A stretch of 64,000 nucleotides of DNA from assembly GCA_052388455.1 (NCBI GenBank), contig JBQTIA010000092.1:10003-74002 (forward strand). The letters are read 5' to 3'. A model generated the notes under the pieces. The model had not been told where the DNA came from. It worked only from the letters and a program-made list of their open reading frames with translations, and did no database searches. Numbering within the stretch: position 1 is the stretch's first letter; each line of letters opens with the position of its first letter. The stretch is from Hyphomicrobium sp. (GTDB lineage: Bacteria; Pseudomonadota; Alphaproteobacteria; Rhizobiales; Hyphomicrobiaceae). Positions 38,610-48,241 of the stretch are shown in pieces. The translations under genes and the position numbers were made by a program.

Positions 38610-39230
38610 ATGAGTAACGACGCGAACAGGGCCGCCCCTCGGTTGCCTTTGGCCATGACGCTCGGGATCGCAGCGCTGTCGGCCGCGATCGGCTTTGCGG
38701 CGGTATACGTCACCCTGGGGCGGAATGACAACGCCGGGACGCCGGCGGCCAGCACTTCAAACAAGCCGGCGGGCACCGGCCTAGCCGGTTTCGTCCGCAA
38801 GGCCGCCCCGGAAGCGCTGACCGACGTGGCGTTTCTCGATCCTGACGGCAAAGAGCTGAAGCTCTCCGCCTTCAAGGGCCGCACGGTGCTGCTGAACTTG
38901 TGGGCCACCTGGTGCGCGCCCTGCCGCAAGGAAATGCCCTCCCTCGACCGTCTCCAGAAGGAACTCGGCTCGGACACCTTCGAGGTGGTGGCGCTGGCGG
39001 TCGACCGGACTGGACTGGAAGGCGCCGGCAAGTTTCTTGACGAGATCAAGGTCGGCAGCCTGAAGCTCTACGCCGATCCGACCGCCCGCTCGGGCGCCGG
39101 GCTGAAGGCGGTCGGAATGCCGACGACGATCCTGATCGACCGCGAGGGCCGCGAGATCGGGCGGCTCGCCGGACCTGCCGAATGGGACAGCGCGGAGGCC
39201 AAGGCGCTGATCGTAGAAGCCCTCAGATGA
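38610..39230 (+). CDS. tlpA: TlpA family thiol:disulfide oxidoreductase (thioredoxin fold, membrane-anchored)
   Basis: N-terminal anchor [21 protein letters not shown] and active site [19 protein letters not shown] (WCxxC). Confidence 0.8.
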   Translation: MSNDANRAAPRLPLAMTLGIAALSAAIGFAAVYVTLGRNDNAGTPAASTSNKPAGTGLAGFVRKAAPEALTDVAFLDPDGKELKLSAFKGRTVLLNLWATWCAPCRKEMPSLDRLQKELGSDTFEVVALAVDRTGLEGAGKFLDEIKVGSLKLYADPTARSGAGLKAVGMPTTILIDREGREIGRLAGPAEWDSAEAKALIVEALR

Positions 39231-39717
39231 TCGTCATCGCCGGCATCAGGTAAGTGGCGACTGCGAGGCCGACCGCCACCAGGGTGACACCGAACATGAG
39301 GGTGTTGCGGGCGACCTCGCGGCCGGCACGTGCGACACTGGCTTCCATCTGCGACAGCTCGTGCAGACGCTTGTTGACAGCTTCGAAGGTCGGATGCGGC
39401 AGGGCGGCATAAGCAGTCCTGTCGCCTTCGATGTGGTCCACACGGCCTTTCAGCTCGCGCGCCGTACGCACGAACTCATCGATCTTGTACTCGCGCGCAT
39501 TGCGCAACGACTCTTCGAAAGTGCGCAGCCGCTTGGTCTGCTCGGCGTGATCGAGCAGCGAAAGCAGCGCCGCTCGCGCGTGCTCGCTGTCCTGGATCAG
39601 CCGTGCGACGCTCGCCTCCAGGTGGTCGATGCGAACGGCCGTATCCGCAATGAACCCGTCGCGGCCTCCGCGCGGAAGCGAGGTGACCGTTCTCGATGGA
39701 TCTAAGATGGAGGACAT
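39223..39717 (-). CDS. hypothetical tail-anchored protein
   Basis: Start at MSSILDPS (comp. 39715-39717). Helical/charged body with a C-terminal TM helix ([21 protein letters not shown]). The longer 314-aa ORF would overlap dapD and was rejected. Confidence 0.45.
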   Translation of the reverse strand: MSSILDPSRTVTSLPRGGRDGFIADTAVRIDHLEASVARLIQDSEHARAALLSLLDHAEQTKRLRTFEESLRNAREYKIDEFVRTARELKGRVDHIEGDRTAYAALPHPTFEAVNKRLHELSQMEASVARAGREVARNTLMFGVTLVAVGLAVATYLMPAMTII

Positions 39718-39928
39718 GGGGAAACCCTGCAATCGTATGAGTTGCAATATCGGCGGGGCGCCGAGCCGAAAGCCCCACGAGCCGCACGCTATCGCGGCGG
39801 GTTTAAGCAGCGGTAAGCGCCAGACTAAAAAAGCCACGCTGACCGGTCGGCTGCTGGCGGGCGTTGACACGATGCCGAGCCAGGCGCCACAAGGCAGCCT
39901 CATCGAACGCACCAAGCGGGATAGAGCC

Positions 39929-40780
39929 ATGTCGCACGCGGAACTTGCCGAGATCAAAGAAACGATCGAAACCGCCTGGGAGGCGCGAGACTCGATCGAC
40001 AGCGATACCAAGGGCGCCGTACGCAAGGCGGTCGAGGAGGCGCTGCGGCTGCTCGACAAGGGCAAAGCGCGGGTGGCGGAAAAGTCCGACGGCACCTGGG
40101 TGGTGAACCAGTGGCTGAAGAAGGCGGTGCTGCTCTCCTTCCGGCTCAACGAGATGGAGCTGATCAAGGGCGGGCCGGCCGGCTCGTACTATTGGGACAA
40201 GGTGCCACCGAAGTTCGAAGGCTGGGACAAGGACGATTTCAAAAAGGGCGGATTCCGCGTGCTGCCCGGAGCCATCGTGCGCCGCTCGGCCTACATCGCG
40301 CCGGGCGTCGTGCTGCTGCCTTCGTTCGTCAACCTCGGTGCCTACGTCGACAGCGGCACCATGGTCGACACCTGGGCCACCGTCGGCTCGTGCGCTCAGA
40401 TCGGCAAGAACTGCCACATCTCCGGCGGCGCCGGAATCGGCGGTGTGCTGGAGCCCTTGCAGGCCGGACCGGTGATCATCGAGGACAACTGCTTCATCGG
40501 AGCCCGCGCAGAGGTTGCCGAGGGTGTCCTCGTCGGTGAGGGCTCGGTGCTGTCGATGGGCGTCTACCTCGGCGCCTCGACAACCATCATCGACCGTGCG
40601 ACGGGTGAAAAGCACTTCGGCAAGGTGCCGCCGTATTCAGTGATCGTGTCCGGCAGCATGCCCGGCAAGCCGCTGCCGAACGGCGAGCCGGGTCCCAATC
40701 TCTACTGCGCCGTCATCGTCAAGCGCGTCGACGAAAAGACCCGATCGAAGACCAGCATCAACGAGCTGTTGCGCGACTGA
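39929..40780 (+). CDS. dapD: 2,3,4,5-tetrahydropyridine-2,6-dicarboxylate N-succinyltransferase
   Basis: Start at [29 protein letters not shown], then hexapeptide repeats ([40 protein letters not shown]), ending ...[10 protein letters not shown]. Confidence 0.95.
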   Translation: MSHAELAEIKETIETAWEARDSIDSDTKGAVRKAVEEALRLLDKGKARVAEKSDGTWVVNQWLKKAVLLSFRLNEMELIKGGPAGSYYWDKVPPKFEGWDKDDFKKGGFRVLPGAIVRRSAYIAPGVVLLPSFVNLGAYVDSGTMVDTWATVGSCAQIGKNCHISGGAGIGGVLEPLQAGPVIIEDNCFIGARAEVAEGVLVGEGSVLSMGVYLGASTTIIDRATGEKHFGKVPPYSVIVSGSMPGKPLPNGEPGPNLYCAVIVKRVDEKTRSKTSINELLRD

Positions 40781-40896
40781 CGCGCGGCGGCCGGCGAACA
40801 GTCGTTCACTCCGGCAAGTCCTAAAGGTTTCGTTAGGATTCGCTAGCTAGGCTCGTTGCTTCGGCTCGAGCACGCGGCGGACGGCGCAGGACATCC

Positions 40897-41220
40897 ATGG
40901 GCTTCTTCAGCAAGCTGCTGGCGGGCGGCGATGGCGGTTCGATCGACGACGGCGACACGCCGGAAGAGCGCCAGCGGCGGGCCGCCGAGGCCGCCCTCGA
41001 CCGCATGATCGCGGCCCGCGCCTCGCAGCCCGCTCACCCAGCGAGCCCCGAGACGCGCACTGGTGACCGCCGCTCCGGTCAGGAACGCCGCGTCGAACCC
41101 GGCCAGTCCGCCGAGGATTTCGTCGAGCGACGCTTGGGCGGCGACCGTCGCCGGACGGGCGGCGAGCCGGCGTCACCGGCATCGTTCGGACGTCGACCGG
41201 CACGACCTGGCCAAACCTGA
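40897..41220 (+). CDS. hypothetical Arg/Glu/Gly-rich small protein
   Basis: 107-aa ORF with high third-position GC, mainly in its first half, and no recognisable domain. Weak support. Confidence 0.3.
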   Translation: MGFFSKLLAGGDGGSIDDGDTPEERQRRAAEAALDRMIAARASQPAHPASPETRTGDRRSGQERRVEPGQSAEDFVERRLGGDRRRTGGEPASPASFGRRPARPGQT

Positions 41221-41232
41221 GTTTTCCAGCCG

Positions 41233-41288
41233 CTAGACCACGATCGCTTCGGACCCTATCGGTCCGAAGCGTGAATCGTCGGTCTCAT
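41233..41288 (-). repeat. intergenic repeat family R1, copy A (inverted orientation)
   Basis: The reverse complement atgagaccgacgattcacgcttcggaccgatagggtccgaagcgatcgtggtctag is near-identical to 59503-59556 and 62498-62553. It contains the 10-bp stem cgcttcggac/gtccgaagcg. A second hairpin follows (tctagagcgtg ... cacgctctaga, 41288-41332). Confidence 0.8.
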
Positions 41289-41401
41289 CTAGAGCGTGAT
41301 TGCGATTCGAAGAAAAACAAACACGCTCTAGAGCCTTTCCGGCACTGCCCACAGCCGATTGAGCCGACGCGATTGACCGCGCGCCGCGCCCGTTCCAGGA
41401 C

Positions 41402-42151
41402 TTGGCAATGTACCAGCGGCTGGATCCTGCCAAGATCGTCGCGACGCTCGAGCAGCTCGAGCGGCGGGTCAACGAGCGTTTTCCGGGCGCCGGGCTCGGG
41501 CGCGTCGGCGCCGAGCTGATCGTCGTCGCCCGCCAGACCCAGCAGAGGGCCGAGGAGATCGCGCGGCCCGACTGGCGGCTTCGCCTGCTGGTCGGCGTGC
41601 TGCTGGCGCTCGGCGCCGGGCTGCTGGTGGCGCTCAGCCTCAACATTCTCGAGGGCGCCAAGGCCGACAACGAGCTGTTCGGCACGCTGCAGGGAATCGA
41701 CAGCGCTTTCAACATCATCGTGCTGATGGGCGCCGCGCTGTTCTTCATGGTCACCCTGGAAGAGCGCCTGAAGCGCAACCGCGCACTGAAGGCCCTGCAC
41801 GAGTTGCGCTCGATCATCCACGTCGTGGACATGCACCAGCTCACCAAGGACCCGGGCATGAAGGCGCACGTCACGCCGCCGACGCCCTCGTCCCCACCGC
41901 GGCTGCTCGGCAAGCCGGAGCTGATCCGCTATCTCGACTACTGCTCGGAAATGCTGTCGCTGGCCGCCAAAGTCGCGGTGCTCTACGCTCAGAGCTTCCC
42001 CGATCCCGTCGTCACCGAGGCAGTCAACGATCTCGAACGTACAGCGACCAGCCTCAGCCAGAAGATCTGGCAGAAGATCAACATCCTGCACCGCCAGATC
42101 GAGTTCAACGGCGGCCATGCGGCGCCAACCCGGCCGCCTCCTTTGGTCTGA
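41402..42151 (+). CDS. hypothetical membrane protein between dapD and dapE
   Basis: 249 aa with two hydrophobic segments (LRLLVGVLLALGAGLLVALSL and FNIIVLMGAALFFMV). Codon usage looks native. No recognised domain. Confidence 0.55.
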   Translation: MAMYQRLDPAKIVATLEQLERRVNERFPGAGLGRVGAELIVVARQTQQRAEEIARPDWRLRLLVGVLLALGAGLLVALSLNILEGAKADNELFGTLQGIDSAFNIIVLMGAALFFMVTLEERLKRNRALKALHELRSIIHVVDMHQLTKDPGMKAHVTPPTPSSPPRLLGKPELIRYLDYCSEMLSLAAKVAVLYAQSFPDPVVTEAVNDLERTATSLSQKIWQKINILHRQIEFNGGHAAPTRPPPLV

Positions 42152-42225
42152 AACGCGCTTCAGGCGCGCCGATGCGGCGAAGCGCATTTGACAATTGCGT
42201 CCTCCGCCGTCATCCCATCGCGCCC

Positions 42226-43422
42226 ATGACAACCGCGCTGCCGGCCTCCGCCCTTTCCCCGCTCGCCACCGATCCCGTGGCCCTGACACGGGCGCTCGTG
42301 CGCTGCCCATCCGTCACCCCGAGAGACGAGGGAGCTCTGGCCGTCATCGAGGACGTGCTGCGTCCCGCAGGCTTCGCCTGCCGCCGACTGCCGTTCTCCG
42401 AGCCCGGCACACCGGATGTCGACAATCTCTATGCCCGGCTCGGAAGCGAAGGTCCGCACCTCTGCTTCGCCGGCCACACCGATGTGGTTCCGCCCGGCGA
42501 CCTCACCGCCTGGTCCGTTCCGCCGTTCGCCGCAGAAATCCGCGACGGCGTGCTCTACGGCCGCGGGGCCGTCGACATGAAGGGCGGCATCGCCTGCTTC
42601 CTCGCCGCCGTAATGCGCACGCTGGCCGCGCGCGGCGGATCGTTGCCGGGGTCGCTTTCCTTCCTGATCACCGGGGACGAGGAAGGCCCCTCGATCAACG
42701 GCACGATGAAGATGGTCGACTGGCTGAAGGCGAGCGGCGAGCGTCTCGACGCCTGCCTCGTCGGCGAGCCGTCGAACCCGACTGCCTTGGGCGACGAGAT
42801 CAAGATCGGACGACGCGGCTCTCTCAATGTCGAGCTGGTTGTGCATGGCCGACAAGGTCACGCGGCCTATCCGGCGCTGGCCGACAACCCCGTGCCGAAG
42901 CTGGTGCGCCTGCTCGATCGCCTGTCGAGCCAGAGCATCGATAGCGGCACGGCGAGCTTCGAACCTTCGAATTTGCAGGTCACCATCGTCTCGGTGCCGA
43001 ACACCGCCAGCAACGTCATTCCCCGCGAGGCGCGCGCGACACTCAACATCCGCTACAACGACCTCTGGCAACGGGCGACCATCGAGGACTGGGTGCGGCT
43101 GCAGTGCGAGGCCGCCGCCGATCGCGTCGGCGCCCGCTTCGACCTGAAATTCTCCGGCACCGGCGACGTATTCGTGACCCAGCCGGGGCCTCTGGTCGAC
43201 ACCTTGTCGTCCGCCATCCGCACCGTCACGGGCCGCACGCCATCGCTCTCGACCGGCGGGGGCACCTCCGACGCGCGCTTTATCAAGGATCACTGCCCGG
43301 TGATCGAGTTCGGTCTGGTCAATCGAACCATCCACCAGATCGACGAGCACGTGCCGGTCGCCGATCTCGAAACCCTGACCCGCATCTACGAGCGCTTCAT
43401 CGCAGACTTTTTCGCACGCTGA
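42226..43422 (+). CDS. dapE: succinyl-diaminopimelate desuccinylase (M20 peptidase)
   Basis: Start at MTTALPAS (ATG 42226). CFAGHTDVVPPGD...GRGAVDMKGGIA...ITGDEEG...IGRRGSL...GHAAYP...GGTSDARF is canonical DapE. Confidence 0.92.
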   Translation: MTTALPASALSPLATDPVALTRALVRCPSVTPRDEGALAVIEDVLRPAGFACRRLPFSEPGTPDVDNLYARLGSEGPHLCFAGHTDVVPPGDLTAWSVPPFAAEIRDGVLYGRGAVDMKGGIACFLAAVMRTLAARGGSLPGSLSFLITGDEEGPSINGTMKMVDWLKASGERLDACLVGEPSNPTALGDEIKIGRRGSLNVELVVHGRQGHAAYPALADNPVPKLVRLLDRLSSQSIDSGTASFEPSNLQVTIVSVPNTASNVIPREARATLNIRYNDLWQRATIEDWVRLQCEAAADRVGARFDLKFSGTGDVFVTQPGPLVDTLSSAIRTVTGRTPSLSTGGGTSDARFIKDHCPVIEFGLVNRTIHQIDEHVPVADLETLTRIYERFIADFFAR

Positions 43423-43451
43423 GCGGAACTCCTACTCTCAATTCCGCGACC

Positions 43452-43605
43452 GTCATCCTCACGGCGTGAGGGCGTTCGGGCGCGAGCGGCGTGGGGATCC
43501 AGCGTGAGGCTGGTCCGAAGGACGCGATATCTCGAGTCTTCGACGAGTCTTACGCTGGATCCCAAACGCGCTCGGGCGGAAGTGCCCTCGTGCGTTGAGG
43601 ATGAC
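43452..43605. repeat. 154-bp imperfect palindrome (MITE/REP-like element) with perfect 10-bp termini
   Basis: gtcatcctca...tgaggatgac termini. The two halves are about 74 % self-complementary over the first 54 nt of each arm by my hand alignment, including a shared gggatccagcgt block. It lies between dapE and the convergent transporter gene. Confidence 0.65.
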
Positions 43606-43613
43606 GGGCGACG

Positions 43614-44936
43614 TCAATGCGGGTGCCAGCCGAGAACGGCGAGCAGGGTGAAGTAACCCACGACATAGCCGAGTGCGACGTACCAGCCGGACGCGAGCCA
43701 CCGCCACACCGACTTCGCCTCGGGGTACATGTTCGACAGCGCGACACCCGCCGACGAGCCGAACCAGATCATCGAGCCGCCGAAGCCGACCGCATAGGCG
43801 AGGAAGCCCCAGTCGTAGCCGCCCTGCCGCAAGGCCAGTGCCGTCAGCGGAATGTTGTCGAATACCGCCGAGACGAAACCCAATCCCAGCGTGGTCGGCC
43901 ACGAGGCGGCCGGCAATTCTTCGACCGGCATCATCGATGCCGAGGCGACGAGCGCCAGCAGGAAGAGTGTTCCCTTGAAGGTCTCGGGCAGCACCGACCA
44001 GTCCGGCGAGCGCCAGAGGGCCGTGCTCACGATCGCGGCCCACACCGCCAGACCGAGCACCGGCAGATGGTCGAGCAACGCCGGATAGAACAGATTGGCG
44101 CCGACGTTGGCCGCCACCGCCGCGACGAGAATGATGGCCACGATTCCGACGCGGGGCCACTCGACGGCGACGCCGGGCGCCATGTCCCTGACGATCGGCT
44201 GGTGGGCGTGCTGCCTCCTCGCCGCCGGAATGGCGAACACCACGAACGCCGCCGCCGACGCCACGTAGGCTTCCAGCACGGCCAGCGGACTGACACCGCT
44301 GATCCACATCATGGTGGTGGTCGTGTCGCCGACCACGCTGCCGGCTCCGCCCGCATTCGAAGCCGCGACGATCGCCGCCAGATACCCGATGTGCACGCGA
44401 CCTTTGAACACGTGGCGAGCCACCGTGCCGCCGATCAGTGCCGCCGCGATGTTGTCGAGGAACCCCGAGAGGACGAAGACCATTCCGAGCAGCGCGAGGC
44501 CGCCGGTCCAGCTGTCGGGCAGAACGGCCGGCATCAGCTCCGGTACGCGACTCTCCTCGAAGTGCCGCGAGAGCAGCGCAAAGCCCATCAGCAGCGCGAA
44601 CAGGTTGGCCAGCACCACCCATTCGTGCGCGAGGTGCCCGGCGAGCCCGGCGAAGCCCACCCCGGTCTTGAACCCCGCGAACCCCAGCTTGTAGAGCGTG
44701 ATCGCCGCGAGGCCGGACAGCGCCACCTGCAGCGTACGATTGTGAAAGATTGCTACGCCGAGCAGCGTCAGCGCAAAGAGGATGAAGTCGACCGGGATGC
44801 CGGCCACGTCGAGGGGCTTTCCCGCGACGGTTGCCGCAGCAGCCGACGGTTCGGCCAAGGCAGGCCCGGCGATAAGCTGCACAGCTACCACGGAGGCCAA
44901 GGCCAGGCCCGCTCCAGAGAGTATCGTCATCGGCAA
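43614..44936 (-). CDS. NhaD/ArsB-superfamily ion transporter (Na+/H+ antiporter NhaD-like)
   Basis: 440 aa, polytopic, with LSGFLDNIAAAL and SAVFDNIPLTALAL repeats typical of the NhaD/citrate-transporter-like fold. N-terminal signal-like segment. Confidence 0.7.
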   Translation of the reverse strand: MPMTILSGAGLALASVVAVQLIAGPALAEPSAAAATVAGKPLDVAGIPVDFILFALTLLGVAIFHNRTLQVALSGLAAITLYKLGFAGFKTGVGFAGLAGHLAHEWVVLANLFALLMGFALLSRHFEESRVPELMPAVLPDSWTGGLALLGMVFVLSGFLDNIAAALIGGTVARHVFKGRVHIGYLAAIVAASNAGGAGSVVGDTTTTMMWISGVSPLAVLEAYVASAAAFVVFAIPAARRQHAHQPIVRDMAPGVAVEWPRVGIVAIILVAAVAANVGANLFYPALLDHLPVLGLAVWAAIVSTALWRSPDWSVLPETFKGTLFLLALVASASMMPVEELPAASWPTTLGLGFVSAVFDNIPLTALALRQGGYDWGFLAYAVGFGGSMIWFGSSAGVALSNMYPEAKSVWRWLASGWYVALGYVVGYFTLLAVLGWHPH

Positions 44937-45239
44937 CGCGATCGGCCCCCCGGCCCTGTATGTCCTGTCGCGACTTCGGCAGCGGCGGCCACATCAATTG
45001 TGGTCTTGAGGCCAGATCGCGGGACCGTCGGCTCGAAAGCTGCGGCCGGCCAGCACGCTATCGAGGGGGCCGAGCAGTGGCAATCGCCTTCGACGACACC
45101 GATTGAGCGGCGCGGGTCACAGTCGCGCAGCCCACCACCCTATTGCGGGCTTACGGCGAGGCGGCGACGGCAGCCGGCCGGCCGATGGCTCCGGCAAACC
45201 TTGCCATCGCCCCAGGTCTGACCTATCCCGGTCGAGACC

Positions 45240-45316
<77 letters not shown>

Positions 45317-45549
45317 ATGCTTAGACTGTCCAGTCCGGTACGTGATGCGTTTCAGCCCGCGCCTTCTCGCGGCCTAAACTGAACCTGCGCTTCACAGGAG
45401 CGTTTGTATGGCCGCCGGGCGGAACTCACCGATCATCGGCAGGCCGCAGCGCCATCGCCGGCGACATGGCCTTGCAGCACTCAACTATTCCCAGGCGTCA
45501 GTAGGACTTGGGTGCAATCGTCAAGCCAATCGGCTAGACTGTTAACACT

Positions 45550-45795
45550 ATGAATGACCTAAATAAACAACCCAAGGCCAGCCAAAGCGAGAAGCCCACA
45601 AAGGACGATGCCGTCGGGCTTTATCGACGCGCCTTCGCCGAGTTTGGCACGCGCGCCCTATGGAACATCAAAGAAATCGGAGAGCCTTCATTTGAGCAGA
45701 TTCTCGCGATCACGCGGCAGCTCCGCACCGAAGGCGACATGAACGCAAGGCGTCTTGCCGAGCAGATCGAGCAGGCCGCCCGTGCCCATCTCTAA
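45550..45795 (+). CDS. small hypothetical protein, candidate antitoxin partner of the downstream NTase
   Basis: 81 aa. It overlaps the proposed GTG start of the next gene by 14 nt. Low GC relative to the genome. No recognisable domain. Confidence 0.4.
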   Translation: MNDLNKQPKASQSEKPTKDDAVGLYRRAFAEFGTRALWNIKEIGEPSFEQILAITRQLRTEGDMNARRLAEQIEQAARAHL

Positions 45796-46600
45796 GCTAC
45801 AGTCGGATATCCTGCGGTTGATTGCTGCCAATCGTGACCCCGAAAGTTTCGTGGCCGGCGGCGTGCCCATCAACCGGTCTGGTCCACGTTATTCCGAAGA
45901 TCTCGACATCTTTCACCATCGCGAGGACAGGGTCGCGCAAGCCGCTCTTGGCGATGCAAGGATACTTGCCGAAGCGGGTTACGAAGTTGTCTGGCTTCGT
46001 CAGCAACCTGCGACCTACGGAGCCACGATCCGACACGGCAGCGATGCCACGAAGCTTGAGTGGGTGGCCGACAGCGATTACCGCTTTTTTCCCGTCATCA
46101 AGGACGAGCAGTTCGGCTACGTGCTGCATGTCGTCGATCTCGCCATCAACAAGGCCATGGCCGCAGCCTCTCGCCGTGAGGCAAGAGATATCGTTGACCT
46201 TTTGACGCTGCATGACCGGGTTCTGCCGATCGGAGCATTGGTATGGGCGGCGGCTGAGGTTGCGCCCGGCTATACGCCCGAAGGACTGATTGCAGAGATC
46301 AGACGCAATGCCCGCTATCCTGCCGACGAGCTTCGCCAGCTCGCAGCCGACCCGCCGGTTGAACCCGATGCCGTCATGCGTCGTCTGCGCGCCGCGCTGG
46401 ACGAGGCAGAACAGTTTGTCTCCGGCATGCCGAGCGACAAGGCAGGTCTTCTGTTCCTGCGTTCCGGGAGGCCCATACAGCCAGACCCGTCCAAACTCGA
46501 CGCCTACACGTCCCACGGCCCCAGCCGGCGCGGACACTGGCCCTCAAGTCCAGACATCACGGCCGCCATGCTCGCGCACCTGCAAAAGGCGCAGATGTAA
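45782..46600 (+). CDS. nucleotidyltransferase, AbiEii/AbiGii (DUF1814)-like toxin family
   Basis: NTase motif FVAGGVPINRSGPRYSEDLDIFH (G[GS]-x9-13-D-x-D) and downstream DLAINKAMAAASRREARDIVDL (K...R..RD..DL), as in AbiEii. The start is either GTG 45782 or ATG 45755. Confidence 0.6.
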   Translation: MPISKLQSDILRLIAANRDPESFVAGGVPINRSGPRYSEDLDIFHHREDRVAQAALGDARILAEAGYEVVWLRQQPATYGATIRHGSDATKLEWVADSDYRFFPVIKDEQFGYVLHVVDLAINKAMAAASRREARDIVDLLTLHDRVLPIGALVWAAAEVAPGYTPEGLIAEIRRNARYPADELRQLAADPPVEPDAVMRRLRAALDEAEQFVSGMPSDKAGLLFLRSGRPIQPDPSKLDAYTSHGPSRRGHWPSSPDITAAMLAHLQKAQM

Positions 46601-46895
46601 TCCGGGTGTACTGCCCTCGCAGCATTTTTGTGTGCTGCGGCAGGGCAAGCTGCCTGACGATTGGGCAATGTGATGCCGCAGGGCCACGCGCGCCCAATGC
46701 CGCCGACAGCCGACCGAAAAAGGGTTCGTGCGCTGGCGGGTCTGCCGGAAGGTTTGGCCACGAATCGGAGCCGCACGGATTTCAACCCGCGCCCAAGCGG
46801 GCACCGGCGCCGCCCTGGAGACCGTTGCAATGACCACCGAAGTGCTCCTCGCCCACGTTCCAAATTCTTCGCGCTCGGCCATCCGACACCCGGCG

Positions 46896-48209
46896 ATGCG
46901 ACAAATGTCGGGACTTGCCGTGATGCTGGCGCCATGGCTCGCCGCCATCCCGGCCGCGCCGGACCGGGCGCTGGCGGCCGACCTCGGAGGATCGTGCTGC
47001 GGCGATCTGGAAGAACGCATCGCCGAGCTGGAGGCGACCACGGCGCGAAAGGGCAATCGCAAGGTGACACTCGTAGTCTCGGGCTATGTCTCCAAGGAAA
47101 TCACCGTGTGGGACGACGGCGGCGAGCGGAACGCCTACATCCACGACCTCGGACCAACGCAGACCTCGCATTTCAAACTCAACGGGCAGGCGACCATCGC
47201 GCCCGGGTTCACCGCCGGCTATCTGCTGCGCATCCAGAGCCTGAGCGGCGATCCGTTCGGCCGCGAGGGCACCCGCGCCATGAGCCAGTTCAGCGACGGA
47301 CTGGACCGCGGCTTCAACGTACAGATGTCCTACTGGTACCTGCAGAGCAAAGAGCTCGGGAAAATCAGCGTCGGCAAGCAGGCCAACGCCGCCAAGAGCG
47401 CGGCGATGTTCACCGACCAGTCGGGCACGCAGATCTTCGACAACTCGACGTTCCTGAGCGGCTTTCCGCAGTTCGTCATCCGCAGCCGCGGCGATCTCAC
47501 TCCGGCCGGGCTGACCTGGGGCCAGCTCGCCTTCTGCTACACGCAGGCCGTGCCGCTCGGCGGCGACTGCAACGGCATCGTGATGGAGGCCGTGCGCTAT
47601 GATTCCCCTGTGTTCGCCGGCTTCTCGCTTGCGGCAAGCTGGGGCGAGGACGACCACTGGGAAGCGGCCGTGCGCTATGCCGGCGAGCTGGCGGGCTTCA
47701 AGGTTCTGGCCGGTGCCGGGTACGCCGAGACGACGGACGAAAATGCGACCGGACCGACGATTTCAGCCGACGTCGATTCACAGGTCTTTCAGGCCGGCTT
47801 CTACGTTCAGCATCTCGCGACGGGCTTGTTCCTGCACACCGCCTATGGCCAGGAAGACAACAACGAAACGCTGCTGCTCAACGGCCGGACCACCAAGGAC
47901 GGCGAGCACTGGTATGTGAAGGCCGGTCTGCGCCGCAAGCTCATGCCGCTCGGCGCCACCATCGTCTACGGCACCTATGCCGAATACGACGATCAACTCG
48001 GCCCGGCGGCGCTCGCGCTCGGAGCCGAAAGCAGCACGCTGACCCGGTTCGGCGGCGGCCTTGCGCAGGAAATCGACGCGGCGGCGATGACGGTCTATCT
48101 CAAGGTCCAGCACACCGAGGCGGACATCGCCGGCGCCGCACTGCCGCCGGCGGTCAGTGATCTCGAGGACGCCGACTTCGTCAGCTTCGGCGGCATGATC
48201 AGCTTCTGA
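46896..48209 (+). CDS. outer-membrane porin (alphaproteobacterial porin family)
   Basis: Start at MRQMSGLAVMLAPWLAAIPAAP (signal peptide). Conserved GGSCCGDLEERIAELEATTARKGNRKVTL motif, alternating beta-strand pattern, C-terminal ...SFGGMISF (terminal Phe). Confidence 0.75.
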   Translation: MRQMSGLAVMLAPWLAAIPAAPDRALAADLGGSCCGDLEERIAELEATTARKGNRKVTLVVSGYVSKEITVWDDGGERNAYIHDLGPTQTSHFKLNGQATIAPGFTAGYLLRIQSLSGDPFGREGTRAMSQFSDGLDRGFNVQMSYWYLQSKELGKISVGKQANAAKSAAMFTDQSGTQIFDNSTFLSGFPQFVIRSRGDLTPAGLTWGQLAFCYTQAVPLGGDCNGIVMEAVRYDSPVFAGFSLAASWGEDDHWEAAVRYAGELAGFKVLAGAGYAETTDENATGPTISADVDSQVFQAGFYVQHLATGLFLHTAYGQEDNNETLLLNGRTTKDGEHWYVKAGLRRKLMPLGATIVYGTYAEYDDQLGPAALALGAESSTLTRFGGGLAQEIDAAAMTVYLKVQHTEADIAGAALPPAVSDLEDADFVSFGGMISF

Positions 48210-48212
48210 AAC

Positions 48213-48241
48213 GGCCGAGTGGTACGTCGTCCTACTCGGCC
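48213..48241. terminator. hairpin between convergent porin and trxB genes (possible bidirectional terminator)
   Basis: ggccgagtgg-tacgtcgt-cctactcggcc. It begins 4 nt after the porin stop and overlaps the trxB stop codon. No clear U-tract. Confidence 0.35.

Noticed and set aside
39718-40167. N-terminal extension of minus-strand ORF 39223..40167 (314 aa)
   Set aside because: The extension overlaps the dapD coding region and is Ser/Ala/Arg-rich. The shorter 164-aa version starting at 39717 avoids the overlap.
46612-46650. Imperfect hairpin ctgccctcgcagca-tttttgtg-tgctgcggcagggca after the NTase gene, as a possible terminator or islet boundary
   Set aside because: The stem has an internal 2-3-nt mismatch or bulge and no trailing U-tract. 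I found no copy of the tRNA-Arg 3' end nearby, so it cannot be called an att site or a terminator with confidence.
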